In this document: one piece after another, positions 48,918 to 49,013 of the stretch
How positions within the stretch are numbered: position 1 is the stretch's first letter
How the letters are laid out: every line of letters starts with the position of its first letter
Origin: Myxococcota bacterium
GTDB taxonomy: Bacteria > Myxococcota_A > Polyangia > Polyangiales > Sandaracinaceae
Direction: 5' to 3'
Assembly (NCBI GenBank): GCA_036149055.1
Contig: JAYZQJ010000107.1
Coordinates: 1 to 49,013 of the forward strand
DNA length: 49,013 nucleotides
Translations under genes and position numbers: made by a program
The notes under the pieces: model-generated
Told to the model about the DNA's origin: nothing
Seen by the model: only the letters and a program-made list of their open reading frames with translations
The model's database searches: none

Positions 48918-49013
48918 ATCACGGCAGGCGACGAGCGAAGCGAGGTCGCCGCACGAACCACCCGGCCCCGTTCGATCCCGCGGCAGCGGGCGGCACGCGC
49001 TCGCGCGCAGCGC
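48918..49013 (-). repeat. Palindromic repeat element, copy B (runs off the window end)
   Basis: Reverse complement shares CGCTGCCGCGGGATCGAAC and CGTGCGGCGACCTCGCT.CGCTCGTCGC.TGCCGT with 30128-30223. Confidence 0.85.

Overview
Very GC-rich DNA whose gene content (large Ser/Thr kinase-STAND ATPase fusions, Cys-rich lipoproteins, a MYXO-CTERM-like tail) suggests a myxobacterium; the taxon is inferred. About 35 CDSs are supported. They include a STAND-wHTH regulator, an FN3 lipoprotein, two giant kinases, an XPB-like helicase with a DUF790/Bax1-like nuclease, katE with an orphan CheB, a Zur-box-led DUF1826/COG0523 pair, a ceramidase-like lipoprotein, a divergent FtsZ/tubulin-fold protein, an M16 peptidase pair and a methyltransferase. 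An accessory stretch (about 19.5-31 kb) holds a triplicated gene-start module, a DUF4258/MqsA-type toxin-antitoxin pair, a 2OG-Fe(II) oxygenase and palindromic repeats. The top candidate for a new system is a compact GNAT + heme-oxygenase-like diiron enzyme + YcaO operon. It hides a 9-codon ORF (MKKFATACF, 32015-32044) with a strong RBS, nested in the GNAT 3' tail, which is a plausible ultrashort RiPP precursor. A hybrid sensor kinase and a response regulator follow directly. No rRNA, tRNA, CRISPR array or transposase was seen. All family calls come from motif recognition by eye, not database searches.
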